Shown piece by piece: positions 9,731-19,330 of a stretch of DNA of 64,000 nucleotides. The stretch lies in NCBI GenBank assembly GCA_017963105.1, contig JAGCTY010000031.1:794-64793 (forward strand), given 5' to 3'. Under the pieces are notes generated by a model. It ran no database searches. It was given only the letters and a program-made list of their open reading frames with translations, and was not told the DNA's origin. The translations under genes were made by a program, and so were the position numbers. Within the stretch, counting starts at the first letter, position 1; every line of letters begins with the position of its first letter. The stretch is from Lentisphaeria bacterium. GTDB taxonomy: Bacteria; Verrucomicrobiota; Lentisphaeria; Victivallales; UBA1829.

Positions 9731-10357
9731 TTACGGTTTGATTCCCAGGATCGAGGACAGGCGGTCCGCGACCTCGGCCCCGTCCACGCGCGACCATTCG
9801 TCCCGGCGGCGGTCCAGCAGTTCGTTGTACTGCATCCGGGCGCGTTCGAGCGCCTCGCGCAGGCGGACGTTCTCCTCGGACAGCGCGGCGACGCGTTTCC
9901 GCAGGACGGTGTTCTGGCCGTCCGAAACGGATTTCGACAGGGTGACGGCCGAGCGGACGAGCCGTTCGATCGTCTTCGGATCGTCGGTTGTGGCGTCGGT
10001 GCATTCCCGGACGAGCTTCAGCAGGTCGATCTTGAGTTCCTCCGCAATCGCGCTCGTCGCCTCGCAGTCGCGGAGCAGCGCGGCGGACAGCCGGACCTCC
10101 TCGTATGCCAGATGCACTTTCTCCCGTTCCTCGGCAATGGTCTTGAACTCACGCGTCGTCCTGAACCGCGTTACCGCGGCGGCCGTCAGGGTCATCCCGA
10201 GCGCGTTCAGCGTACCGGCCACTTCAGGGTTGGCGAGCACGGCCTGGCTGGTCGCGCCCTCCAGGAGCAGGCATGCGATCCGGTAGCGGAGCCGGAACGG
10301 GAGGCGTCCGAACTGGGAAAGCGGTTTCGTTTTCTTCTGTTTCTGGGGCAGGCCCAT
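9731..10357 (-). CDS. Mu gp27-like (DUF3486) putative small terminase / DNA-binding protein
   Basis: N-terminal SQFGRLPFRLRYRIACLLLEGAT HTH-like segment, a coiled coil and a C-terminal LSSILGI; position upstream of the portal matches Mu-like gene order. Confidence 0.55.
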   Translation of the reverse strand: MGLPQKQKKTKPLSQFGRLPFRLRYRIACLLLEGATSQAVLANPEVAGTLNALGMTLTAAAVTRFRTTREFKTIAEEREKVHLAYEEVRLSAALLRDCEATSAIAEELKIDLLKLVRECTDATTDDPKTIERLVRSAVTLSKSVSDGQNTVLRKRVAALSEENVRLREALERARMQYNELLDRRRDEWSRVDGAEVADRLSSILGIKP

Positions 10358-10503
10358 GGTCCCTCCTTGTTTTGAGCTGATCTCTCAAAAAAGGGGCCGA
10401 GCCTGGAAAAACGGACGTGCCATTCTTGCAACAAAATCAACATCAATCACTTGCATCCGGCGCATCTGATCCTTTTTTTTGCGGTTTACGCGAATGCAAG
10501 TAC

Positions 10504-10540
10504 AAAAAATCCGGGCAGACCTGCGCGGCCTGTCCGGATC
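10504..10540 (-). terminator. Rho-independent terminator of the 10566-12557 gene
   Basis: Minus strand ATCCGGACAG...CTGCCCGGAT followed by a T run. Confidence 0.7.
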
Positions 10541-10565
10541 GGGTTCCGTCTGAATGTGCGGAGGA

Positions 10566-12557
10566 TTACTTTTTGTATTCCTTGGCAAAGACGAGGCTGG
10601 TGACTTTGTCCTTCGCCTTGTCGTAGTAGAAGATGAGCGTGCCGGAGACGTTCTGTCCCTTCCAGCTGAACGTATAGGGGAGCAGCACCTTGCCGGCGTT
10701 GTCCTTCGCGAGCTTGACGCGGGAGTAGACGTAGGGGAGATTGTCGGAGGAGACGGCGTTCTCGAACGTCTCGGCCTTGGCGTTGGCCGCCTTCAGCGCC
10801 GAAGCCGCATTGTCGCGGGCTTCCTGAAGCTCATCGCGGTTGTCGTCGTTCGCATTTTTCAGTTCGGCAACAGCCTTGTTGAACGCTTTTTCGGCATCCT
10901 TCACGGCGGCCTGCGCCGCTTCGATCTCGTCCGCGTCGGCGATCTGCTGCGGCGGGGTCTTCCCGGTGAAGATATTCGTGAACGCGACGGAGTTTCCGCC
11001 CTTGTCCTCGGCGGCATGTCCGTACTGCTCGGTGAGGGAGTCCTTGAAGCGGAGGAAATCCTGCCTGGAGCAGTCCTTCATCATATAGATGACCTTGGAG
11101 AGGCTGTTGGAGACGTACACGAGGTCGATGGAGTCGGGGTCGCCGGCGATGCCCACGTCCAGCCCTTCGGGCGGGAAGGTGATGACGTCGCGGCCGAGCG
11201 CGGGCTCGATGTGCGGGAATTCAGGTTCGCGCCAGAGCGCGTAGCGCGCGTCGGCGATGGTGAAGCCCCAGCAGGCTTTTTTGTATCCGCAGTCGGCGTC
11301 GATGCCGGCGTAGTTCTCGTTCGCGTTCTTCTGCTGGCTCTCCGCCTTGGCGATGACGGCCTCGTATCTGGCCAGGGATTCCGCGTTGTCCTCGAGCTTG
11401 ATGGCGTCGTTGACCGGGATGATCGTGGCCTGCGAGGAGCCCGGCGTCGTCTTTCCTGCGCCGGGGTTCACGGCGGGTGTGGAGTCCTGTCCGTCGTCCT
11501 CGGGGAAATCATCGAAACCGTCGTCGTTCCGGACCTGGGCGGTCGTCGTCTTCGGCTTCGGCTGTCTGGACTTGTCCTTGGCGAGCAGGTCGATATAATT
11601 CTTCGCAAGTTCCTGAGCCGTGGCCCACGCGCCGGTCAGAGGATCATAGATGTAGCCGGCGGTTTCGTTGCGCTTGAAGACTTCGCCTTTGAGCTTGTCG
11701 TAATTGGCCCGGATTTTTTCGTCCTTTTCGCGGGCGATCCGTTCAAGGTTCTTCTTGACGTACTGGCTGCGCATGTACTTATTCTTCTGAGGATCGAATT
11801 TCGCGCGGGTCTCGTCGTTCAGGTCGATGAAGTTGATGATCTTGTCCTCGACCGTGATGGATTTCTCCGTGACGCGGTAGAGCGTGCCCTTGACGGAGTA
11901 ATGCTTCGGCCCCATGTTGTAGTCCACAGAAACCTTGTCGCCGACCTTGTAAAGCGGGATTTCTTCCGCGGCCCGGGTCTCCACAATGCTCTGATACTTC
12001 TTGTCGTCGGAGCCGTAATCCTGCTCGACGAGTTTCTTGGCCTGTTCATTCAACGCCTGGAGATCCGCATTCTCAAGGGGGACGGACGGCACGAGCGGCA
12101 TGTGCTTCTCGATGTCCGCGTTGATGGAACGGACGACGGACGGCTCGGTGAGGTCCTCGGACGAAGCGTATCCGTCGATCGTGGTCCGGATGATATCGGT
12201 GCGGTGGTTCGAGAGCTGGTATTTCGCGGCTTCGAGCGCGGCCTTGTCGCTCCTGGCGGCATTGGTTTTCGCGGTGGTATTCGTCTTGTCGGTCGTCGCG
12301 GGCTTCGCACCGGTCTGACCGGTTCTTCCCTGGGCGGCGCCCCCCTGCTGGAATCCGGGGCCGGCTCCCATTCCCTGGGGCATTCCCTGCGGGAAATTGC
12401 CCTGCGGCATCCCCTGCATTCCCTGCGGGAAATTACCCTGGGGGAAATTCCCCTGCGGCATCCCCTGCGGGAAATTGCCCTGGGCAGCCACGGGGACGGA
12501 CAACAGCATGCAGCCTGCGGCAAGCATGCTTCCAAAAACCCATGTAGTGTTCTTCAT
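10566..12557 (-). CDS. Secreted hypothetical protein with N-terminal PQGNF/PQGM repeats
   Basis: Sec signal ending PVAA, low-complexity repeats, host-like codon usage. Confidence 0.8.
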   Translation of the reverse strand: MKNTTWVFGSMLAAGCMLLSVPVAAQGNFPQGMPQGNFPQGNFPQGMQGMPQGNFPQGMPQGMGAGPGFQQGGAAQGRTGQTGAKPATTDKTNTTAKTNAARSDKAALEAAKYQLSNHRTDIIRTTIDGYASSEDLTEPSVVRSINADIEKHMPLVPSVPLENADLQALNEQAKKLVEQDYGSDDKKYQSIVETRAAEEIPLYKVGDKVSVDYNMGPKHYSVKGTLYRVTEKSITVEDKIINFIDLNDETRAKFDPQKNKYMRSQYVKKNLERIAREKDEKIRANYDKLKGEVFKRNETAGYIYDPLTGAWATAQELAKNYIDLLAKDKSRQPKPKTTTAQVRNDDGFDDFPEDDGQDSTPAVNPGAGKTTPGSSQATIIPVNDAIKLEDNAESLARYEAVIAKAESQQKNANENYAGIDADCGYKKACWGFTIADARYALWREPEFPHIEPALGRDVITFPPEGLDVGIAGDPDSIDLVYVSNSLSKVIYMMKDCSRQDFLRFKDSLTEQYGHAAEDKGGNSVAFTNIFTGKTPPQQIADADEIEAAQAAVKDAEKAFNKAVAELKNANDDNRDELQEARDNAASALKAANAKAETFENAVSSDNLPYVYSRVKLAKDNAGKVLLPYTFSWKGQNVSGTLIFYYDKAKDKVTSLVFAKEYKK
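12370..12485 (-). repeat. Coding tandem repeat of 12-15 bp units (PQGNF/PQGM)
   Basis: Repeated ccctgcgggaaatt / ccctgcggcat units. Confidence 0.85.
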
Positions 12558-12761
12558 CGTCGTTATTCCTTATCTGCGGTTCATGGATGTGCGAATCGTG
12601 CATTTCCCGCCGTTTTTTGGAAAAAACTCGGGAAACATTCATACTTTAACTTGATTCTTGCGAGTTTTCAAGCTATAATAGAAAAGTTTTGACGTTTTTT
12701 TTAAAAAAAAGCTAGTTTCAGCCGTTATTTGCCCCCCTGAACCAACATAGGAACCGCCGCC

Positions 12762-13691
12762 GTGAGTGGTAAAACTTGTTTCGTCGCATCCCTGACGCCC
12801 GACCAGATGAACGCCCTCCGGGCCAGTCTTGAAAGCATCTCCGCATGGGAGTTCTCCGAGGGGCCCTACATGCTCTTCAAAGCCGCGCGGGAGAAGACGC
12901 AGGTGGCGGCGTACCGGTCCGGCAAGCTCGTCGTGCAGGGCGCGGGCACGCAGGATTTCGTCGAATTCGTGCTGGAGCCGCTGATCGGGCTCACGCGGGA
13001 CGAATCGGAACCGCCGCCGCTGCTTGAATTCAGGGACCCGCATGCGGGCATCGACGAAAGCGGCAAGGGGGATTTCTTCGGGCCGCTGGTCGTGGCGTGC
13101 GTGTTCGTGGCGGACGAGGAGACAGCGGACGTGCTGGCGAAGGCCGGCGTGCGCGACTCCAAGGCCATCAAGGACGATTCGAAGATCTCCGCGCTCGCGG
13201 AACAGGTCAAGACCACAGTCCGCGGCAAGTTCGGCGTCGTGGTCGTCGGACCGGAGGCGTACAACCGCACCTACGAATCCATCGGCAACCTCAACCGCTT
13301 CCTCGCATGGGGCCATGCACGCGCGCTTGAGAACATGCTCAGATTCGCGCCGGAATGCCGGCATGTGATCTCCGACCAGTTCGGCGACAAACGCCTCGTG
13401 GAAAACGCTCTCCTCAAAAACGGTCGCGCCGTCCGTCTGGAGCAATTCCCGCGAGGCGAACGCGACGTCGCCGTGGCCGCGGCATCCATCCTCGCGCGTG
13501 CCGAGTTCGTGCGGCGTCTGACGAAACTCGAAGAGGAGGCCGGATGCCCCCTGCCCAAGGGAGCCGGGACGCAGGTCGACAGAACCGCGAAACAGCTCTT
13601 CCTGTCCGGCGGCGAACCGCTCCTCCGAAAATTCGCAAAAATGCACTTCCGCACGGCACGGAAGGCGATGGGACTGCCTTTGGACGACTGA
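12762..13691 (+). CDS. rnhC: Ribonuclease HIII
   Basis: N-terminal TBP-like domain (YRSGKLVVQG); GIDESGKGDFFGPLVV, DSK, DQF, VAAASILAR. Confidence 0.95.
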   Translation: MSGKTCFVASLTPDQMNALRASLESISAWEFSEGPYMLFKAAREKTQVAAYRSGKLVVQGAGTQDFVEFVLEPLIGLTRDESEPPPLLEFRDPHAGIDESGKGDFFGPLVVACVFVADEETADVLAKAGVRDSKAIKDDSKISALAEQVKTTVRGKFGVVVVGPEAYNRTYESIGNLNRFLAWGHARALENMLRFAPECRHVISDQFGDKRLVENALLKNGRAVRLEQFPRGERDVAVAAASILARAEFVRRLTKLEEEAGCPLPKGAGTQVDRTAKQLFLSGGEPLLRKFAKMHFRTARKAMGLPLDD

Positions 13692-13751
13692 ACCGTCCCG
13701 TTTTTTCAGAGAAAGAATCGGGCGCAAAACCGTTTTTTCTCGAAAAAAAGA

Positions 13752-13780
13752 TTGCTTTTTATCCTGCGCGGTGCTATATT
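13752..13780 (+). promoter_or_regulatory. Putative sigma70 promoter of fba
   Basis: TTGCTT, 17 bp, TATATT, with an extended -10 TG. Confidence 0.55.
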
Positions 13781-13826
13781 GATATGATGGATTTCTTTCA
13801 ACCCTAATCATAGAAAGGACAACCGT

Positions 13827-14801
13827 ATGGTCAACTACAAAGATCTCGGACTGGTCAACACCCGCGAAATGTTCAAAAAGGCGATGGCCGGCCACTATGC
13901 GATCCCCGCATTCAACTTCAACAACATGGAACAGCTCCAGGCGATCATCGCCGCGTGCTCCGAAGAAGAATCCCCCGTGATCCTTCAGGTCTCCAAGGGC
14001 GCGCGCAACTACGCCAACCAGACCCTGCTCCGCTACCTCGCGCAGGGCGCTGTCGAATACGCCCGCGAAATCGGCGGCGGCAAGGTGATCCCGATCGCCC
14101 TCCACCTCGACCACGGCGATTCCTTCGAACTCTGCCAGAGCTGCATCGAGTTCGGTTTCTCCTCCGTCATGATCGACGGCTCCTCCAAGACCTTCGACGA
14201 CAACGTCGCCCTGACCAGGAAGGTCGTCGAATACGCCCATCAGTTCGATGTGACGGTCGAAGGCGAACTCGGCGTCCTCGCCGGCGTCGAAGACGAAGTC
14301 AAGGCCGAGCAGCACACCTACACGCGCCCCGAAGAAGTCGAATCCTTCCTGAAGGGCACCGGCGTCGACTCCCTCGCCATCTCCATCGGCACCAGCCATG
14401 GCGCCTACAAGTTCAAACCGGGCACGGATCCCCGCATCCGCCTCGATATCCTCAAGCAGATCGAAGAGCGCATCCCCGGTTTCCCGATCGTCCTCCACGG
14501 TTCCTCCTCCGTCCCGCAGGAATACGTTCAGATGATCAACCAGTACGGCGGCCAGCTGAAGGACGCCATCGGCATCGGCGAAGACCAGCTCCGCGAAGCA
14601 TCCAAGTCCGCCGTCTGCAAGATCAACATCGACTCCGACGGCCGTCTCGCCATGACCGCCGGCGTCCGCAAGGTCCTCATGGAAAAGCCCGCGGAATTCG
14701 ATCCCCGCAAGTATCTCGGCCCCGCCCGCGATATGCTCAAGGAACTCTACAAGCACAAAGTCATCAACGTGCTCGGTTCCGCCCACCACGCCTTCGATTG
14801 A
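13827..14801 (+). CDS. fba: Class II fructose-bisphosphate aldolase
   Basis: HLDHG, SSVMIDGS, VEGELG, IGTSHGAYK, VLHGSS, KINIDSD. Confidence 0.97.
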   Translation: MVNYKDLGLVNTREMFKKAMAGHYAIPAFNFNNMEQLQAIIAACSEEESPVILQVSKGARNYANQTLLRYLAQGAVEYAREIGGGKVIPIALHLDHGDSFELCQSCIEFGFSSVMIDGSSKTFDDNVALTRKVVEYAHQFDVTVEGELGVLAGVEDEVKAEQHTYTRPEEVESFLKGTGVDSLAISIGTSHGAYKFKPGTDPRIRLDILKQIEERIPGFPIVLHGSSSVPQEYVQMINQYGGQLKDAIGIGEDQLREASKSAVCKINIDSDGRLAMTAGVRKVLMEKPAEFDPRKYLGPARDMLKELYKHKVINVLGSAHHAFD

Positions 14802-14828
14802 TCTCCCGGTCGATTTCGCGTCATTCGC

Positions 14829-14860
14829 GCCGCTCTCCCTTCCCGGGGGAGCGGCTTTTT
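14829..14860 (+). terminator. Rho-independent terminator
   Basis: GCCGCTCTCCC/GGGGGAGCGGC stem followed by a T run. Confidence 0.85.
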
Positions 14861-14986
14861 CTTTTGCTAATTTGCTCCCGCGCGCACGTTTCCGCTTGAT
14901 TTTTCCGTTTTTTATGCTAGAATATAAGGATTCGCAACTGTCATTTTCTTCACCTTCATATTCACGAAAGGATAACCATTCCTGCC

Positions 14987-16015
14987 ATGTCTGAACTCCA
15001 AAAGACCCACAAGACGTTTTCGAATCCCATCTCCTGGTGGATTCTCAACATCCTGACCACGTGCTTCATCGCCACGGCCATTTGCGCGTTCTCGGTCCGC
15101 TCCGCCAAGACGTCCGGCAGCGTCCGCGTACTCCGCCTCGGGCACGGCCTCTCCGCCGACCACCCGGTCCATCAGGCGATGCTCCACATGTCGGAACGCC
15201 TGCGCGAGCTTTCCGCCGGCACGATGGAACTTCAAATCTATCCGAGCGGGCAGATCGGCTCCGAGGACGAATGCTTCAAGCAGGCGCAGAACGCCCAGAT
15301 CGAGTTCGCGAAATGCTCCGCCGCCGTGCTCGACGGCTCCGTGCCGGAATTCCAGGTTGTCGGCGCGCCGTTCCTGTTCCGCGATTCGGATCATTTCTGG
15401 GCGGTCATGAACGGCGAGATCGGCAAGTCCCTCCTGCGGAAGATCGACGGACTGATGGGCATCTGCTACTTCGACGCGGGCGCCCGCAACATCTACACCA
15501 CGAAAAAGGCCGTGCGTTCCGCCGAAGACATGAAGGGGCTGAAGATCCGCACGCAGAAGAGCTCCATCGCCATGCAGTCGATGGAGGCGCTGGGCGCGTC
15601 CCCGACCCCGATCTCCTGGGGCGAACTCTACACCGCCCTGTCGCAGGGCACCGTGGACGCCGCCGAAAACAACATCCCGAGCTTCGTGACCGGACGCCAC
15701 TTCGAGGTGTGCAAATATTTCACCTTCACGGAACACCAGCGTGTGCCGGACGTGCTCGTGATGAGCAAGAAGATCTGGGACGAACTCACTGCCGAGCAAA
15801 AGGGCTGGATCGAACAGGCCGCAGCCGATGCGAACGTGTTCCAGCGGCAGGCGTGGCGCGAATCCGAGGTCCTCAACGAGCAGATCGCGCGTGAAGCGGG
15901 CGTCGAGTTTATCAAGGTCGACCGCGCCCCGTTCATCGAGCTTTCCAAACCGATCTACGACGCGTTCCCGCCCGATCTGCAGGAGCTCGCGAAGCGCATC
16001 CGGGAGGTCAAGTGA
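14987..16015 (+). CDS. dctP: TRAP transporter substrate-binding protein
   Basis: IYPSGQIG, PFLFRD, DMKGLKIR, ELYTALSQGTVDAAEN. Confidence 0.92.
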   Translation: MSELQKTHKTFSNPISWWILNILTTCFIATAICAFSVRSAKTSGSVRVLRLGHGLSADHPVHQAMLHMSERLRELSAGTMELQIYPSGQIGSEDECFKQAQNAQIEFAKCSAAVLDGSVPEFQVVGAPFLFRDSDHFWAVMNGEIGKSLLRKIDGLMGICYFDAGARNIYTTKKAVRSAEDMKGLKIRTQKSSIAMQSMEALGASPTPISWGELYTALSQGTVDAAENNIPSFVTGRHFEVCKYFTFTEHQRVPDVLVMSKKIWDELTAEQKGWIEQAAADANVFQRQAWRESEVLNEQIAREAGVEFIKVDRAPFIELSKPIYDAFPPDLQELAKRIREVK

Positions 16016-16506
16016 TGCGGAAAATTCATACCGTCATGGTCAAAATCCTGAGTTTCCTCCTGGAAACCAGTATGGCGCTCCTGGTGCTGGACGTGCTCCT
16101 CGGCGTCATCTCGCGTTACGTCGTGGGCAAGCAGGTGTCCTGGACCGAGGAGCTCGCATGTCTGCTGCTTGTCTGGTCCTCCTTCTTCGGCATCGCCCTG
16201 GCGTTCAACAGCCGTTCCCACCTCGGCATCGACCTCATCGTGAACATGATGACCGACACCCCGCGCAAGACCGCCGCGACGATCGCCCATCTCGTAACGA
16301 TCGTGTTCACGGTCGTGGCGTTCCTGTACGGCGGTTGTTTCCTGCTGCACAAGGCCATGTTCGTCACCCGGAACGTGATGCCCGCGCTTCAGATCCCGGA
16401 CGCGGTGATGTACCTGCCGATCCCGGTTTCCGGCCTGTTCATCCTCTACTTTGAAATCTGCAATTACGCCGAGGATGTCCTCGGCAAGAAAGGGAAGGAG
16501 GCCTGA
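16015..16506 (+). CDS. dctQ: TRAP transporter small permease
   Basis: SRY...WTEELA...W...G...HLGID, 4 TMs. Confidence 0.9.
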   Translation: MRKIHTVMVKILSFLLETSMALLVLDVLLGVISRYVVGKQVSWTEELACLLLVWSSFFGIALAFNSRSHLGIDLIVNMMTDTPRKTAATIAHLVTIVFTVVAFLYGGCFLLHKAMFVTRNVMPALQIPDAVMYLPIPVSGLFILYFEICNYAEDVLGKKGKEA

Positions 16507-16508
16507 CG

Positions 16509-17804
16509 ATGGAGTGTGTAGGTTTTGTGCTCGCCCTGATCTTCTTCTCCCTGCTTCTCCTGAACGTCCCGGTCGCCGTGGCGATCGGGTCCGCCACCAT
16601 GCTCGGCGTGGCCGTCGCGGGCGGCACGTTCCGTCCCGAGATCATCGTGCCGGAACGCATGATGTTCGGCATCAACTCGTTCCCCCTGCTCGCCATCCCG
16701 TTCTTCGTGCTGTCCGGCATCCTGATGGGACGCGGCGGCATGGCGCGCCGTCTGATCGACTTCGCCTCGGCCCTGGTCGGGCATCTGCCCGGCGGCCTGG
16801 CGTACGCCAATACGATCACGTGCATGCTGTTCGGGTCGATCTCCGGCTCGGCGGGCGCGGCAGTCGCCAGCGTGGGCGGCTTCATGGTCCCGGAAATGGT
16901 CGAGAAAGGCTATGACCGGAACTTCTCGACGGCCCTGACCACGACGTCCGCCACGACCGGCCTCATCATCCCCCCGTCGAACATCATGATCGTCTACGCC
17001 GTGGCCTGCGGCTCCGTGTCGATCGCGGCGATGTTCCTGGCTGGTATCATACCCGGCATCGTGATGGGGCTTTGCATCATCGTGGCGTGCATGATCCATG
17101 CGGCCCGCTCCAAGGCGAAGTTCGAGAAACGCGTGCCGTTCTCCGTCCTGTGGACTTCGTTCCGCCGGGCGTTCCTCAGCCTCTTCCTGATGGTCATCAT
17201 CATCGGCGGCATCCTGAAGGGCATATTCACCGCCACGGAAGCCGCCGCCGTCGCCGTCGCCTACGCCTTCATCCTGAGCGTGTTCCTGTACAAGGAAGTC
17301 AAATTCAAAGACCTCCCCGGCATCCTGAAGGAAACCGGCATCACCACCGCCGTCGTAATGTTCCTGATCGGCGTCAGCTCCTCCATGAGCTGGATCATGA
17401 CCGTGGCGAACATCCCCGGCACCGTAAGCGCCTGGCTGCTGTCGCTGTCGTCCAGCCCGATCGTCATCCTGATCTTCATCAACGTCCTGCTGCTGGTCGT
17501 CGGAGCCTTCATGGACATGACGCCCGCCGTCCTGATCTTCACCCCGATCTTCCTCCCGATCGTCCGCGAATTCGGCATGACGGACATCCAGTTCGGCATC
17601 ATGATGATCGCGAACCTGTGCATCGGCCTCTGCACGCCGCCCGTCGGCACCTGCCTCTTCATCGGCTGCGGCATCGGCAAGACGTCGATCGCGAAAGTCA
17701 CGCCGTCCATGATCCCCTTCTGGATTGCGATGGTCGCCTCCGTGGTGCTGATCACCTACATCCCGGCGCTTTCCAACTGGCTGCCATCGCTGCTCGGAAA
17801 ATAA
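16509..17804 (+). CDS. dctM: TRAP transporter large permease
   Basis: LLAIPFFVLSG, FGSISGS, IIPPS, FTATEAA, CTPPVG. Confidence 0.95.
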   Translation: MECVGFVLALIFFSLLLLNVPVAVAIGSATMLGVAVAGGTFRPEIIVPERMMFGINSFPLLAIPFFVLSGILMGRGGMARRLIDFASALVGHLPGGLAYANTITCMLFGSISGSAGAAVASVGGFMVPEMVEKGYDRNFSTALTTTSATTGLIIPPSNIMIVYAVACGSVSIAAMFLAGIIPGIVMGLCIIVACMIHAARSKAKFEKRVPFSVLWTSFRRAFLSLFLMVIIIGGILKGIFTATEAAAVAVAYAFILSVFLYKEVKFKDLPGILKETGITTAVVMFLIGVSSSMSWIMTVANIPGTVSAWLLSLSSSPIVILIFINVLLLVVGAFMDMTPAVLIFTPIFLPIVREFGMTDIQFGIMMIANLCIGLCTPPVGTCLFIGCGIGKTSIAKVTPSMIPFWIAMVASVVLITYIPALSNWLPSLLGK

Positions 17805-17824
17805 AAACGAGTTCGAATCGCAGA

Positions 17825-17868
17825 AAAAACAACGGCCATCGTCTCAACAAACGACGGCCGTTTTTTTA
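17825..17868. terminator. Bidirectional terminator between convergent genes
   Basis: A run, then AACGGCC...GGCCGTT stem, then T run. Confidence 0.7.
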
Positions 17869-17890
17869 TTCCTGAATAAGCAGCAAAATA

Positions 17891-19330
17891 TCAGGGGCGT
17901 TCTTCAACGGACGGGACTGCGCCCTCCTCCAGAGAGGAATAATCGATGCGGCTGTTCGCGATCCGGGTGCGCTGCGCAAAGACGCATTCCGCATCCATGA
18001 GTTCGCAATTGCCGTTCGCCCTGCCGCAGCCGCAGGAACCGTTCGCAAGTCCTTTCGGGCAGGATTCCGGACAGACGTAATCGGTCTGCGGCAGTCTGCA
18101 CAGGTTGCATCCGCGGCACGACACAAGTAGTTTTTTGGTCAGGCGGCGTTCCCGCGCGGGCAGCTTGTCCGCGTTCGAGAAAAGCGCGCCGGCGAGCCTG
18201 CGCCGGAATTTCTCGGACCTGGTCAGCGGGCGTATCCCCGGTTCGAAGGAAAGCTGTTCGGCCGGAAGGTCGGTTTCCAGAAGATGGTCGAAGAGGTAGA
18301 ATTCGTTCGGGTACGGCGCCATGTCGAGGCGGTCGTAATACTCCCGGTAGGCGGTGCGCCAGTCCTCGAAGGTCGGGAATTCCCGGAACGCCTCGCGGAC
18401 CTTCTGCAGGATCGTCTCCATGAGGGCGACGTTGGTGACGCCGGCGATCTGTACGGCGCTGAACCCGAGCAGGCGCGCCCCGGCGGCGTGGATCTGGATG
18501 CGGCGGAGCTGGGCCGCCTCGAACTGGGCGAACGAGTGGTCGCGTTCATCCTTCAGCAATTTTTCGAAATCGGGCGAGATGTCTACCCCGTGGAACCCGC
18601 CCGCGCAGACCTGTTCGGCGTTGTCGGGCGTCAGGAACATCAGGCGCGCCACGGTCGGGATGTTGATTTCGCGGCGGAACAGGTTCCAGATCATTTCCTG
18701 GAGCTTCATCATATCCCAGCCGTACTGGGCGACAAGGTAGTCCGCGCCGTTGTCGAGCTTGCGGAACATCTTGAACGACTGCGCCAGAGCGGATTCCGGC
18801 GTGTACTGGTACGGATTGACCGTCGCGCCGACGGAGATCGAGGACAGCCCGGCCGCCCGGACCGCACCGAGGATGTTGACGCTTTCCAGGAACACATGTT
18901 TCCGGGTCTCCGCCTCGCCTTCGCCGGGAACCGCCGCACCGGTCACGGCACAGAAATTCTTGAACCCTTCGGAATGCGCGTGCCGGACCGATTCCAGAAT
19001 GTCCTTCATCGTGTTGTCGCGTCCGTGCAAATAAAGGATGTGGCGGTCGCGCGAGTATTTGCACAGCTCGGAGGCGAACTGCACCATGTCGAGCGAATAC
19101 CCCGCGGGCGCTTCGTTGACGAACGCGATGGACGCCTTCGGCCCCTCCTGCGAATGGACGAGATATTCGAAATCGGACGCGCGGCGCACGGCGTCGGCCA
19201 GCGGCGTGTCGGCGGACGGGACGGGGAGTTCGGCGATGAGCTGGAATTCGCCGAGGTCGAACCTCTGTTTGAACCGGTTCTCGTTGGTTCCGTCAAAATT
19301 CATTTCCAGCTGGATGGATTCCCGGATCAT
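17891..19330 (-). CDS. Methylenetetrahydrofolate reductase-like protein (MetF barrel plus C-terminal MetV-like Cys cluster)
   Basis: GATVNPY, RKLDNGADYLVAQYGWD; C-terminal CRGCNLC..CPESCPKGLANGSCG..C..C. Confidence 0.75.
   Translation of the reverse strand: MIRESIQLEMNFDGTNENRFKQRFDLGEFQLIAELPVPSADTPLADAVRRASDFEYLVHSQEGPKASIAFVNEAPAGYSLDMVQFASELCKYSRDRHILYLHGRDNTMKDILESVRHAHSEGFKNFCAVTGAAVPGEGEAETRKHVFLESVNILGAVRAAGLSSISVGATVNPYQYTPESALAQSFKMFRKLDNGADYLVAQYGWDMMKLQEMIWNLFRREINIPTVARLMFLTPDNAEQVCAGGFHGVDISPDFEKLLKDERDHSFAQFEAAQLRRIQIHAAGARLLGFSAVQIAGVTNVALMETILQKVREAFREFPTFEDWRTAYREYYDRLDMAPYPNEFYLFDHLLETDLPAEQLSFEPGIRPLTRSEKFRRRLAGALFSNADKLPARERRLTKKLLVSCRGCNLCRLPQTDYVCPESCPKGLANGSCGCGRANGNCELMDAECVFAQRTRIANSRIDYSSLEEGAVPSVEERP

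Noticed and set aside
7971-10357. Complete prophage
   Set aside because: Only three phage-like genes; no transposase or integrase, terminase, capsid, tail or lysis genes.
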